DNA of 62,289 nucleotides, filler included, from an uncultured Methanosarcinales archaeon (GTDB taxonomy: Archaea; Nanobdellota; Nanobdellia; Woesearchaeales; CAYSVS01), in the NCBI GenBank assembly GCA_964589485.1. It is 2 parts of 2 records of this genome, joined end to end, with 100 filler letters (N's around TTAATTAATTAA, not from the genome) between each part and the next. Parts side by side here need not be neighbours in the genome. Positions count along the whole stretch, not along the records: positions 31,451 to 62,289 come from CAZPRK010000013.1; 1 more part is not named here. One strand, given 5' to 3'. Both the position numbers and the translations under genes were made by a program. Within the stretch, counting starts at the first letter, position 1. Each line of letters opens with the position of its first letter. Shown piece after piece: positions 41,201 to 49,849 of the stretch. The notes under the pieces were generated by a model, which was given only the letters and a program-made list of their open reading frames with translations, was not told where the DNA came from and made no database searches.

Positions 41201-44032
41201 TGTACTAATTGCTATATCATCAGTAGCATTAAAGTCAATTGATAATGAATCTGTTGAATATTCTAGAGTTACATTTGTTGGGTATTGAGTAAACGTAGGA
41301 GGGTGTATGTCTGAAATTGTTACCTTGAAGAATAAATAATTTACATTATTTTGTGTATCATTTACACTTACATTAACTACATGACTTCCTACTCCTAATA
41401 GAGTTGCGTTTTGTAAATATCCTGAATCATTTATTGTAAATTTACTTGTTCCGTTTAATGTCCAGTTACTTATTCCACTAGCATCAGTTGCATTAATTTG
41501 TAATGCTAAATTATTTTCTAAATAACTTAATGTTTGGTTTTGTGGAATCTGTGTAAATGAAGGGGAAGTTGTATCTTGTACGATTATAGACATTATTAAT
41601 GAATTTACATTGTTGTTTGTATCATTAACACTCACATTAACTAATACTGTTCCAATGTTTAAGTTAGTGTTATTTTCTAAGTAACCTGTTGAATTAATTT
41701 TAAAGTTAGTTGTGTCATTTACAAAGAAGTTTGAAATTCCACTTGCATCTGTAGCATTTACTTGTACTGCGAAAGCTTCAGTGAAAAATTCAACAGTTTT
41801 ATTACTTGGAATTTCATCAAACGTTGGAGGATTAGTATCAGTGACAGTTACACTAAATACAGTTGAATTAATATTATTACTTGTATCATTTGCACTTACT
41901 AATGCATACCAAGTTCCAACTGGCAATGTAATTGCATTATACAAACTTCCATTTGCGTTTATAATAGTAAATCTAGTAGTATCATTAATATAATATGCAC
42001 TTAATGCTACATCATCTGTTGCATTAAAATTTGTTACAAAACCAGAACCAAACTCTATTGATTTATTACTTGGGTATTGAGTAAATGTTGGTGAAACTTG
42101 GTCACTAACAGTTACTTTCATAAATAAATAATTTACATTGTTTTCTGTATCATTAACACTTACATTAACAATATGGTCACCTATTGCTAGAGGAGTTGTA
42201 TTTATTAAATAACCAGAATCATTAATTTCAAATATTGTGGTTCCATTTACGCTCCAATTTCCAATTCCGCTTGCATCTGTAGCATTTATTTGAACTGCAA
42301 AATTATTTCTATTCCAAGTAATAGTTTTATTTTGTGGGATTTGACTAAATGCAGGAGCTGTAGTATCGCTCACTACTACATTAAAATGCATTTGATTTAA
42401 ATTTCCTTCAGTATCGTTTACTAATAAGTTACCGTGCCAAGTACCAACAGGAAGTAAAGTATTATTTTCTAAGTAACCACTTTGATTAACTTTGAATCTA
42501 GTTGTATCATTTAAGTAATATGCACCTAAACCTGATGCATCTGTTGCTTCAGCATCTACAGCTAATCCTTCAGTGAAATATTCTGTTGTTTGGTTTGCTG
42601 GAATTACAGAAAATGTAGGTGGGGTATTATCACTATATACAACTTGGAAAGTTAATGTGTTTTGATTGTCGTATGTATCGTTAACTATAACTTGAAGATG
42701 GAATGTACCAACTGGTAAAGTGGTTGCGTTTTGTATTATACCTGTTGCTCCTGCTACACTAAATCTTACTGTATCGTTTGAGTAATATGCTTTAATTCCA
42801 GATGCATCTGATGCATTTACATCAGCATAAACTTGATTTGTTGCATATTCTAAAGATTGATTTGGACCAATTTGATTCCAAGTTGGCCCCGTAGTATCAC
42901 TAACTACTACATTAAAATGCATTTGATTTAAATTTCCTTCAGTATCGTTTACCAATAAGTTACCGTGCCAAGTACCAACAGGAAGTAAAGTATTATTTTC
43001 TAAGTAACCACTTTGATTAACTTTGAATCTAGTTGTATCATTTAAGTAATATGCACCTAAACCTGATGCATCTGTTGCTTCAGCATCTACAGCTAATCCT
43101 TCAGTGAAATATTCAATTGTTTGGTTTGCTGGAATTACAGAAAATGTAGGAGGAGTATTATCGCTATATACAACTTGGAATGTTAAAGTATTTTGATTGT
43201 CATGTGTATCGTTAACTATAACTTGAAGATGGTATGTGCCAATTGCTAGAGTACTTGCATTTTGAATAATTCCAGTTCCTCCGCCAACTGTAAATCTGGT
43301 TGTGTCATTTGAGTAATATGCTTTAATCCCGGAGGCATCTGATGCATTTACATCTGCATAAACTTGATTTGTTGCATATTCTAAAGATTGATTTGGACCA
43401 ATTTGATTCCATGTTGGAGAAGTAGTATCTGAAATATTTATTATATAAACTAAGTTATTGATGTTATTATAAGAATCGTTTACAACTGCTTGTACATGAT
43501 AATAACCAACTGTTAAAAAAGAATTGTTTGTTAGATTTCCTGTTGTTGGATTAATTGTAAACCTAGTTGTATCGTTTACATAATAAACACTAATTCCGCT
43601 CACGTCAGTTGCGTTTACATCAACTGACCATTGTTCAGTAAAGTATTCTACATTTTGAAGAGGGGCACCATGAAGAAAAGAAGGAACAGTAGTGTCGTTT
43701 ACATCTATTTGTATGTGCATTTGATTAGTATTGCCTACAGTATCATTTACATATGCCATTAAGTGATATCTTCCAACGGACATAAAAGTTTTATTTATAA
43801 CTGTACCTGTTGTATGGGTCACATTAAATCTTACTGTGTCATTAGAAAAATACCAACTTAAACCATCAGCGGGGTCACTTGCATTTAAATTTGTAATATA
43901 GGACTCTGTAAAATATTCAACAGTTCTATTTGGGACTGTTTGATTCCATGTAGGAGGATTAGCGTCACCTAAAGCAGATTGTGCTATCAGGATCAGAAAT
44001 AGAACATTAAATATTAACCCTCTCTTATTCAC
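35237..44032 (-). CDS. giant surface glycoprotein/adhesin: about 25 cadherin/Ig-like ~88-aa repeats, PGF-pre-PGF domain, TM anchor, cytoplasmic tail
   Basis: signal peptide; DTTxPxFxQIPxN...INATD...NDTTNFxIN...VNVSVNDT repeats; AETPGFSYFAI; TM GFVSIILVILLTIGIIFAL. Confidence 0.9.
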   Translation of the reverse strand: MNKRGLIFNVLFLILIAQSALGDANPPTWNQTVPNRTVEYFTESYITNLNASDPADGLSWYFSNDTVRFNVTHTTGTVINKTFMSVGRYHLMAYVNDTVGNTNQMHIQIDVNDTTVPSFLHGAPLQNVEYFTEQWSVDVNATDVSGISVYYVNDTTRFTINPTTGNLTNNSFLTVGYYHVQAVVNDSYNNINNLVYIINISDTTSPTWNQIGPNQSLEYATNQVYADVNASDASGIKAYYSNDTTRFTVGGGTGIIQNASTLAIGTYHLQVIVNDTHDNQNTLTFQVVYSDNTPPTFSVIPANQTIEYFTEGLAVDAEATDASGLGAYYLNDTTRFKVNQSGYLENNTLLPVGTWHGNLLVNDTEGNLNQMHFNVVVSDTTGPTWNQIGPNQSLEYATNQVYADVNASDASGIKAYYSNDTVRFSVAGATGIIQNATTLPVGTFHLQVIVNDTYDNQNTLTFQVVYSDNTPPTFSVIPANQTTEYFTEGLAVDAEATDASGLGAYYLNDTTRFKVNQSGYLENNTLLPVGTWHGNLLVNDTEGNLNQMHFNVVVSDTTAPAFSQIPQNKTITWNRNNFAVQINATDASGIGNWSVNGTTIFEINDSGYLINTTPLAIGDHIVNVSVNDTENNVNYLFMKVTVSDQVSPTFTQYPSNKSIEFGSGFVTNFNATDDVALSAYYINDTTRFTIINANGSLYNAITLPVGTWYALVSANDTSNNINSTVFSVTVTDTNPPTFDEIPSNKTVEFFTEAFAVQVNATDASGISNFFVNDTTNFKINSTGYLENNTNLNIGTVLVNVSVNDTNNNVNSLIMSIIVQDTTSPSFTQIPQNQTLSYLENNLALQINATDASGISNWTLNGTSKFTINDSGYLQNATLLGVGSHVVNVSVNDTQNNVNYLFFKVTISDIHPPTFTQYPTNVTLEYSTDSLSIDFNATDDIAISTYFVNDTTRFSINGSGLLINSSLLAVGTTLVNVTVNDTSNNRNSTIFSVTVQDITSPSITQAIANRSIDSTTNLAIQINATDAGGISSFKVNDTTNFKINSTGYLENNTNLSAIVYHVNISVNDTQNNVKSIHFALTVTETNAPTFTQIPQNKTIEYFSENLATDINATDASGISNFFVNDTTNFKINSTGYFENNTNLSIGTILVNVSVNDTNNNVNSLIISIIVQDTTSPSFTQIPQNLTQEFEVESIAIQINATDVSNIDHWEVNSSSKFTINNTGYLQNSSPLAIGTHVVNVSVNDTYNNVNYLFFQVIIQDTIAPTWLTIPENASLEYLTGSLQVTFTATDQNTISEYKVNDTTKFVINSSGTLLNNTLLAVGTHEVNVSVNDTQNNVNYTIYKVTISDTISPSFTEIPANRSIDVSSALAIQINATDTSGISSFKVNDTTNFKINSSGYFENNTNLSSKVYHINISVNDTQNNVKNIHFALTVTDSTAPTFSEIPQNKTIEYSTDSLSVDINATDTSLDKYFINDTTRFNISQSGVLTNKTLLSIGTYLVNVSVNDTSNNVNNLMFSVIIQDTTTPSYTEIPANRSIDVSSALAIQINSTDVSGISSFKVNDTTNFKINSSGYFENNTNLSVRTYHVNISVNDTQNNIKDLHFALTVTDSSAPTFTEIPQNKTIEYGIDTLIVNINATDLALDKYFINDTTRFNISQSGVLTNKTLLSTGTILVNVSVNDTSNNVNSLMFSVTIQDSTGPSYTEIPSNRTLNTTTALAIQLNATDSSGLSSFKVNDTTNFKINSSGYLENNTNLSSKTYHINISVNDTLNNIKDLHFSVTISDSSVPTFDQIPSNLTLEYLTDALSVDVNASDSSGLSRYFINDTTNFNISQSGVIINSTALSIRTYYINISVNDTNNLVSSLTLSATVQDATSPTFTQIPANRSISSNESLSLDINATDASGISRFFINDTTNFNITFNGVLINNTNLSAQVYFVNVSVNDTYNNVNSITFKLTVNDVGVPSFTQTPADRSIEFHTESLSININATDSNGISQFIVNDTTNFNISFSGLLINKTKLTIQTYHINVSVNDTSNNANNLNLIITVQDTTGPTFTQIPSNKTINITNSLAIQINSTDISNTSTYFLNDSTNFKINSSGYFENNSALSPRTYNINISVNDTYNNVNSLTFALVVSDLSAPTWDQIPQNITAELYTGKITVDINASDGDSISKYFINDTSRFTINNSGYLTNASIINLGTYHINVSVNDTSNNVNSTLITVFVNDTTSPAIRVLDIVNGSVINASSVSLSSFNIRVNEYANITLTTTNGTLINLLNSGSAINSNNTNILPYYNTSVQNQTLYLRIWDNQSNLRIINYSFVIISGTGLSATPTLGSGDANFTGIVVNTVEKLRDLPVDASINLTVRVTVPSEFTTLYTVPTFTSFDIESNTSNTSMDSIITFKVAKAKLNAQNISYNNISLYSTQSGSTTSFEELNTTNVSNVGDFITYEANVSHFSTFITATKSQGSKAPSSGGSSSSSSSSSSSSGGSSGGGISNAPTKLESNEFYSKYYTINSPHIFDVESSLSTIKSVKVFPTEETIRVRLKVITLDKNPTSETVEGKLYKYEDISLQSAVKIEKAEINFKVKKSWIGNKNKDDIALFRYNNEWNKLETKVTKEDSTYVYYSAETPGFSYFAISLKDTETEKIVEEVIEEEEEEVIEEIKEPIIESPELIEEKTSKSGFVSIILVILLTIGIIFALYSVLNKPPKNKKENIFSDINDLKHKLGMYLKNTLKKDKNKLANVLNEEKIYFEKLIHFVHDFIKTEKRKTSSLVNKELHDFEKIVISLKQHIMIKNKKASKKTVYEEAKEFQTLLHKFSNLIQTTKSINNAHISKFSQDNFIIVLKYVKNMLAKGHTINQISRKLEEKKCSHKLIESIVIYTNVLKIRRIPGLDVKHLNLAKDYVLNHLKKGHSVEKIHSELKNKKWPVSVINRLLK
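42361..43422. repeat. near-identical tandem duplication of 531 bp (two protein repeats)
   Basis: ttaaaatgcatttgatttaaatttcc at 42381 and 42912; 177-aa block repeated almost verbatim. Confidence 0.9.
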
Positions 44033-44211
44033 ACATATCCCTTAAATTAATAGGAGATTGGTATTACAAATACGTTTCCCCTCTTTTTTATGATATAAAC
44101 ACTAAAAGTGTACCCCTACACTTCTTTAATTTATAATTAAATCATATATAAACTTTTCGAATTAAAATAAAAATAGTTATGTTTTAATATAAATTATATA
44201 TTAAATGAAAT

Positions 44212-44829
44212 ATGGAAAAAATAATTACAAAAGATAAATCAATTACATATTATAATGAAGAATATAATGAACAGTATCATTCTATTTCTGGAGCAAAGGA
44301 AGAATCTATTAAAAAATTTGTTTTGCCTTGTGAAGATATAATTAAAACTTCTACTGATTTGGTTGTTTTAGACATTTGTTTTGGTCTTGGATATAATTCT
44401 GCGGCTTTTATAGATTATATGTTTAAAAATTATCCAAATAAAAAGTTTAAAATTATTGGCTTAGAAAATGATTTAGAAATTTTAAAAAAAATTAAAGAAA
44501 ACAATGAATCTGGGTTTGAAAATTATGATTGTATTAAGGATAAAAAAAATATTAAAATTATTTTAGGGAATGCTTTAGAAACTATTAAACAACTAAATGA
44601 AAAATTCGATATAGTTTTTTTTGACCCTTTTAGTCCTAAAAAATGTCCAGAGTTATGGGGTTTAGATTTTATTAATTATATTTTTTCTTTGATGAAAAAA
44701 AAATCAATTTTAACAACTTATAGTTGTGCGAGAATTGTTAGAGATAATTTGAAAGAAGTTGGGTTTATTGTTAAAGATGGTCCTTCTGTTGGTAGAAGAG
44801 CGCCTAGTACAATTGCTATGAGAAATTAG
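44212..44829 (+). CDS. MnmC/MnmD-like SAM-dependent methyltransferase
   Basis: YHSISGAKEES, LDICFGLGYN, FFDPFSPKKCPELW, LTTYS. Confidence 0.88.
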   Translation: MEKIITKDKSITYYNEEYNEQYHSISGAKEESIKKFVLPCEDIIKTSTDLVVLDICFGLGYNSAAFIDYMFKNYPNKKFKIIGLENDLEILKKIKENNESGFENYDCIKDKKNIKIILGNALETIKQLNEKFDIVFFDPFSPKKCPELWGLDFINYIFSLMKKKSILTTYSCARIVRDNLKEVGFIVKDGPSVGRRAPSTIAMRN

Positions 44830-44832
44830 AAC

Positions 44833-44990
44833 GGGCAAGCATCGCTTGCCCAACCTCTCTTTTTCCCTAAATTTCAATTTCCTTAAAGGAAATTGGTGTG
44901 TGTTAGTGAAGCCATTAGCTGTGATTATAAAAAAAAGGGGCTTTTCTGAGGGGTGTGTGAGGGTAGAAAAGAGCGAAAAGCCCATTTTTT
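44833..44990. terminator. intergenic cluster of three hairpins between convergent genes (terminators or small RNA)
   Basis: stems 44833-44851, 44875-44895, 44938-44983; the last is flanked by A- and T-tracts. Confidence 0.5.
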
Positions 44991-45373
44991 TATCTAAGAG
45001 TTTGAAGCCACATTATTCCTATTTTTATCATTAGTTTGTTGAATCTCTCTGATAATTTGTATGTTTTTCTGTACAAATCATAGTCAACTAAACCCATTGA
45101 TTTCATTGGAGTTAATATTCTATCATAAAATTGTCTTTTATTGTAGCTTAACTTTACTTTTTTTCCAGCAAAAGGTGGTGCATCGATTTCAGCGATATAA
45201 CTTCCTTCATGCAACTTAGTTGCAAAAGTTGACATTTCTGTCTTGTTTAGTTCGCCGTTATTGTCTTTAAAATTTTGAATTAATATTTTTGCAACAACTT
45301 GTTGTTGTTCTGTTGCAAATATTGTTTGAAATATATCCTTTGGTAAGTTGAATTGATCGAATAATATTACCAT
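44990..45373 (-). CDS. hypothetical protein, winged-helix-like
   Basis: SYNKRQFYDRILTPMKSMGLVDYD helix-wing pattern. Confidence 0.7.
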   Translation of the reverse strand: MVILFDQFNLPKDIFQTIFATEQQQVVAKILIQNFKDNNGELNKTEMSTFATKLHEGSYIAEIDAPPFAGKKVKLSYNKRQFYDRILTPMKSMGLVDYDLYRKTYKLSERFNKLMIKIGIMWLQTLR

Positions 45374-45499
45374 TTTTGTTTCACTTTCAGAATATATAAA
45401 GCGTAACTGATATATAAATGTTACGATTTGGTATACTGGTTTGTTTAATGTGGCATTATGTATTCTAGCATATTGTTATTGTTTTTTAAGAATTTTTTA

Positions 45500-47353
45500 T
45501 TAATTGATGAAATTTGTTATTAGTTTTTCATACTCTTTTGCAACAATTATTCCCGAATCATTAGGAAAACATCTATAATAATTTTTCCAAGCATATCTTT
45601 CATCTAAATAAATTACAATTCCTTTATCTGTCTCACTTCTAATACATCGTCCTGCACTTTGAAGTGTTTTGTTAAATGCAGGAAATAAATATCCATAATC
45701 CCAACCTTTATTAAACAAAGTATCGTAATATTTGATTAATTCTTTTGTTTCTAAATCTGGTCTTTGTAATGGTAAACCTACAACTACGACGCATTTTAAC
45801 AAATCTCCAGGTAAGTCAATTCCTTCTCCATAACTACCGCTACTGACTCCAAGTAAAACTGCACCTGTTTTTTTATATAATTTAAACCTCTCTAAAAGTT
45901 CTTGTTTTTCATCTTTACTTAGAGAAGAATCTTCTTTAAAATTTGTTTTTTTACTTAAAGTGAAAAAATGTTCATATACTTTATCTCTTAAGTAATATGA
46001 CGGAAAAAATATTGCACTATTACCGTTTACTATATTTGTAATTTTTGAACAAATATTAGCAATTTCTTTGTACATTGTTTCATTTCTTGAAGTATATTTT
46101 GTAGTAGTTTTTGGAATAATTAAACTTAATTTGTTATCCTTTGGAAATGGACTTTCAAACATTTTTTGTGTTGTGTTATCAAAACCTAACAAATCATTAT
46201 ACATAGATGTTGGTGTTAATGTGCCTGACATTAAAATGGTTGAATGTGAATTTTCATTTACAGATCTAGTTACTAAACTAGGATCTAAACATTGGTATGA
46301 TAGATTTAGAATAGGTCTTGATTTTGCAAAATTTCTAGAAAATATTCTTGCAAAACCTTTATTATCACCTAACCAAGTTTCTAAAAATAATGCAATTGAG
46401 AATGAAAAACTTCTTTTTTGTTTTTCTAATATTTCATCTGCAATATAATAAAGATCTTGTATAAACTCTTCATAACTTTTAATTGTATTAATTTTATTGA
46501 TAAAATCGTCTTTTTCAATTAAAATTTCATCATTTTCTTTAAGTTGTGTTTCGTATTCTAAGATTATTTTTAATAATGAATTTAAGTTATTATTTGTTTC
46601 ATTAAATCCATGTTTTTTTGTTTCCTTAATAGCTAAATCTATAACAAAATCACTTAATTTAGAACTCATTAATGATCTTACCCTGTTAGGTAAGTTATGA
46701 CCTTCATCTACAATTATTAAACAACTTTCTAATTCTTTATCTATTTTGTTAAAGAAATTGTTTCTTATTTTTTCATTATAAATATAAAAATAATCTGCGA
46801 TAATAACGTCCGCATCTTTTGCTAACTCTATATTAAGTTCATATGGACATAATTTTTCATAAATTCCAATTTCTACAATTTCTTTACTACTTTTTACATT
46901 TTGTTTTAAATCTTTAATTACTTTTTGAGCTTTAGGTTGTACTTTAGTACCAGATCTACAATTAGTATAAAATTCGCATAAACTATTTTCTCTTTGATTT
47001 TTACAATATTCGTTAAATTCACTGCTATTTAATACAGTTACACCAGGAACAGCACACATCCATTTTTTACCTACAATATCAACTACATTTATTTCTACTT
47101 TATGTTTATCTCTTATTAATTGAACAGTATCTATGGCTATTTTATGTTGTGTATGTCTAGAAGTTAAGAAAAATACAGTTAATTTGTTTTTTTTGGCATG
47201 TTCTATTGCAGGAGCTAATGATGCTGCAGTTTTTCCCAAACCTGTCGGAGCGTGTACAATTAAGTTACTTTTAGTTGAAATTGCTTTATCGATTTCATTG
47301 ATTAAGTCTTTTTGAATTGGTCTTATTTCATTATGTGGAAAGAGAATTGTCAT
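45500..47353 (-). CDS. XPD/Rad3-type Fe-S DNA helicase
   Basis: APTGLGKT, Cys cluster, DEGH, MSGTL, EGIDLPG, QSAGRCIRSETDKG. Confidence 0.93.
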   Translation of the reverse strand: MTILFPHNEIRPIQKDLINEIDKAISTKSNLIVHAPTGLGKTAASLAPAIEHAKKNKLTVFFLTSRHTQHKIAIDTVQLIRDKHKVEINVVDIVGKKWMCAVPGVTVLNSSEFNEYCKNQRENSLCEFYTNCRSGTKVQPKAQKVIKDLKQNVKSSKEIVEIGIYEKLCPYELNIELAKDADVIIADYFYIYNEKIRNNFFNKIDKELESCLIIVDEGHNLPNRVRSLMSSKLSDFVIDLAIKETKKHGFNETNNNLNSLLKIILEYETQLKENDEILIEKDDFINKINTIKSYEEFIQDLYYIADEILEKQKRSFSFSIALFLETWLGDNKGFARIFSRNFAKSRPILNLSYQCLDPSLVTRSVNENSHSTILMSGTLTPTSMYNDLLGFDNTTQKMFESPFPKDNKLSLIIPKTTTKYTSRNETMYKEIANICSKITNIVNGNSAIFFPSYYLRDKVYEHFFTLSKKTNFKEDSSLSKDEKQELLERFKLYKKTGAVLLGVSSGSYGEGIDLPGDLLKCVVVVGLPLQRPDLETKELIKYYDTLFNKGWDYGYLFPAFNKTLQSAGRCIRSETDKGIVIYLDERYAWKNYYRCFPNDSGIIVAKEYEKLITNFIN

Positions 47354-47544
47354 GATTCAAGGAATTATCTTTCTTTTAAATATCTATTTATAAGAAATAT
47401 ATTTTTACTTATTAATAAAAAATAATTTATTCTAAATGTGTCCACTCGCAGTAATAAATAATATAGATTCAAAGCATAACATTTAAATATATACTAATTT
47501 AAACTACATTTGTAAAAATATAGGTGTGTTAGGGGGAGTTTAGT

Positions 47545-47811
47545 ATGAATAAAGAAATTTTTAATGTATTTTTTAGAGAAAAACCTACAATGATGTTAGT
47601 GATTCTTAAGAATTCAAAGAATCCAATATATGCTTCAAGTTTAGCAAAGCAAACTGATTGTACTTATTCTCATGTTGTTAAAGTTTTACAACAAATGGAA
47701 AAATTCGGGTTAGTTAACTTTGAAAAACAAGGTAGGTTGAAACTATTAACTTTAACTAAAAAAGGAGAAGATGTTACTGATTTTATTAATAAAATAATTA
47801 GCACTTTGTAA
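47545..47811 (+). CDS. winged-helix (MarR-like) transcriptional regulator
   Basis: YASSLAKQTDCTYSHVVKVL...GLV...GR...LTKKG; RBS agggggag upstream. Confidence 0.85.
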   Translation: MNKEIFNVFFREKPTMMLVILKNSKNPIYASSLAKQTDCTYSHVVKVLQQMEKFGLVNFEKQGRLKLLTLTKKGEDVTDFINKIISTL

Positions 47812-48361
47812 TTCTAATAAGTGCTTCTTGTTTTGTATATTTTTCACCTGCATCTAAATTTTCAGGAATATTTACACAAGGTTTCATATCACTGATAACT
47901 TTTCTTTTAGGTGTAGAGTGTATTAATAAATATTGAAAGTTTTCAGATTGCTTTTCTTCTATTTTATGTTTTTTTCCTTTTGTAACGTCTTCTACCAAAA
48001 CTCCTGCAAATTTTTCATCATAAACAACTAATCCAAAAAAATTAGGTATTTCGATATTTCCTTTATAGTTTTCAAAAGCCCCTAACTCACCATAAAGAGA
48101 GAATAATTCAGGAAGAGTTTCAAAGTTATAACCCCAAAATTCATCTTGTGATATTTTTAGTATTAAATCTATACCATCATATGAAATTTGATCAAAAATA
48201 AATCTAGTTCTTCCATTATTTCCTTCAGTAACTAATCTAGTTGAGTTAAGAAAATCACTTTTAATTACGGCTTCAAAACACTCTGCAATTATAGAAGTTA
48301 ATTCTTTGTTTTTTTCTATTTTTTGTTTATTTTTTAATAACCATTCGTAATTTGATGACAT
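47798..48361 (-). CDS. hypothetical protein (weak kinase-like N-lobe)
   Basis: GEG-like loop, LILKI, IPNFFG, LVED pattern; no clear catalytic motifs. Confidence 0.55.
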   Translation of the reverse strand: MSSNYEWLLKNKQKIEKNKELTSIIAECFEAVIKSDFLNSTRLVTEGNNGRTRFIFDQISYDGIDLILKISQDEFWGYNFETLPELFSLYGELGAFENYKGNIEIPNFFGLVVYDEKFAGVLVEDVTKGKKHKIEEKQSENFQYLLIHSTPKRKVISDMKPCVNIPENLDAGEKYTKQEALIRITKC

Positions 48362-48439
48362 TTTATTAATAATACTTAACTTAGTTTTAAAACTTACTAA
48401 ACCAAAAAGTTAATAAAATAGTTATCTGCTTCTTATCAA

Positions 48440-49513
48440 ATGCATTCTAAAGAACATATCAAATGGCTTGAAGAAAATAATTTATTAAGTATTGCTAAAG
48501 ATAATGTACATCATTTTAAAAGAGTTTTAGAAAATTGTATGAAATTAGAGAATGAAACACTTTTAATTATTGGAGACCAGGGTTATAATAATAGAAATAT
48601 AGCGGCGTTAATGGCTGCAGGTTATTATTTTGCAGCTCAGGAAATGGGGATTAAATCAAATTTAATCATACAACAAGTTAAAAATACAAATGATAGTGCA
48701 GATGTTTCAGTGATTGAAGCTTTACAAGGATTAGGTGAAAGGAATGCAATTGCTTTATGTTTATCAAACAAATTAGGAAGTATTAAAGAATTAAGTTTAA
48801 GTTATCGGAATTTCATTAAAGAAAATGAACATAAATTTGTATCAACAACTAGTATTGGAAGTTTAAATACTGATTTTTTTCCTAATATGATTAATGCTAT
48901 TGACGTTGATTATGATGAATTAGCAAGGAGAGGGAATTTAATTAAAGAAATTCTTGATAGTGGAAGTGAAGTTAATGTTAAAACTGCATTAGGAACAGAT
49001 ATTTATTTTGATATTAAAGGAAAAGATGCAATTGCTAACATTGGAGATTATTATAGATTAGGTCATGGTGGAAATATACCTGCAGGTGAAACTTATATTC
49101 CTCCTAATGGGAAAAATGGAGTTAATGGAAAGTTTGTAATTGATGCTTCATTGAGACATAAGAATGGAACTTCTTTAGTAAAAAATCCAGTTACAATATT
49201 TGTAGAAAATGGAGATGTTGTAAGGTATGAAGGTGGAGAAGAAGCTAAATGGTTAGAAGAAACAATAGAGAGTGCAAAAGCAAGAGCAAAACGGCCAGAT
49301 AATGTCGGAAAAGTTTGTGAATTGGGAATTGGAATAAATCCAAGAGCAAAAATAATTGGATCTACAATAATTGATGAAAAAGTTTTAGGGACATGTCATA
49401 TTGCAATAGGAAGTAATAAATGGTTTGGTGGAGATATTAAAACCATAGTACATCTAGATCAAGTTATACACAACCCAGAAATATTTGTGGATGGTAAAAA
49501 ATTAGAGTATTGA
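48440..49513 (+). CDS. aminopeptidase (thermophilic metalloprotease M29-like)
   Basis: GNIPAGE, ELGIGINP, DEKVLGTCHIAIG, HLD. Confidence 0.88.
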   Translation: MHSKEHIKWLEENNLLSIAKDNVHHFKRVLENCMKLENETLLIIGDQGYNNRNIAALMAAGYYFAAQEMGIKSNLIIQQVKNTNDSADVSVIEALQGLGERNAIALCLSNKLGSIKELSLSYRNFIKENEHKFVSTTSIGSLNTDFFPNMINAIDVDYDELARRGNLIKEILDSGSEVNVKTALGTDIYFDIKGKDAIANIGDYYRLGHGGNIPAGETYIPPNGKNGVNGKFVIDASLRHKNGTSLVKNPVTIFVENGDVVRYEGGEEAKWLEETIESAKARAKRPDNVGKVCELGIGINPRAKIIGSTIIDEKVLGTCHIAIGSNKWFGGDIKTIVHLDQVIHNPEIFVDGKKLEY

Positions 49514-49824
49514 AAATGGAATATAATATGCCTGAATTTATGATTAGAATAAGAGAGCTTTTTGATAGAAAGGTAAATGGATGGTTTAAATTTCAACCAG
49601 GACAACAAATAAGTAATGGATCACAAGTGTATCAAGTATTGGGTGCATTTTCTCCTTTAAATGAAGATAGAGATGGGTTAAATTTATTCTATCGAGATGT
49701 ATTTGAAAATAGAAAAGAAGATATGTATCTTTTATTGGATAATAAAGGTCGCGAATTTTTATATTCTAAAAAAACAATAGAACCTAGATTTAATCAAAAA
49801 GTAAATTTAGAAGGTATGTTGTAG
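49510..49824 (+). CDS. hypothetical protein
   Basis: 104-aa ORF coupled to upstream gene. Confidence 0.6.
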   Translation: MKMEYNMPEFMIRIRELFDRKVNGWFKFQPGQQISNGSQVYQVLGAFSPLNEDRDGLNLFYRDVFENRKEDMYLLLDNKGREFLYSKKTIEPRFNQKVNLEGML

Positions 49825-49849
49825 GTTTAGTAAATCTTTTTAAATATGA

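Noticed and set aside
35877..41993. Many plus-strand ORFs inside the giant surface gene
   Set aside because: Antisense shadows of the repetitive minus-strand gene; no independent motifs.
42361..43422. Diversity-generating retroelement TR/VR pair
   Set aside because: Copies are tandem and in-frame within one gene, differences are mostly synonymous rather than adenine-specific, and no reverse transcriptase is present in the window.
44710..45034. ORFs 44710-44985 (-) and 44846-45034 (+)
   Set aside because: Overlap real genes and cross the hairpin cluster; atypical composition.
47437..47446. TGGACACA motif shared with 57783-57790, both upstream of wHTH-like genes
   Set aside because: A single 8-bp match is not enough to call a binding site.
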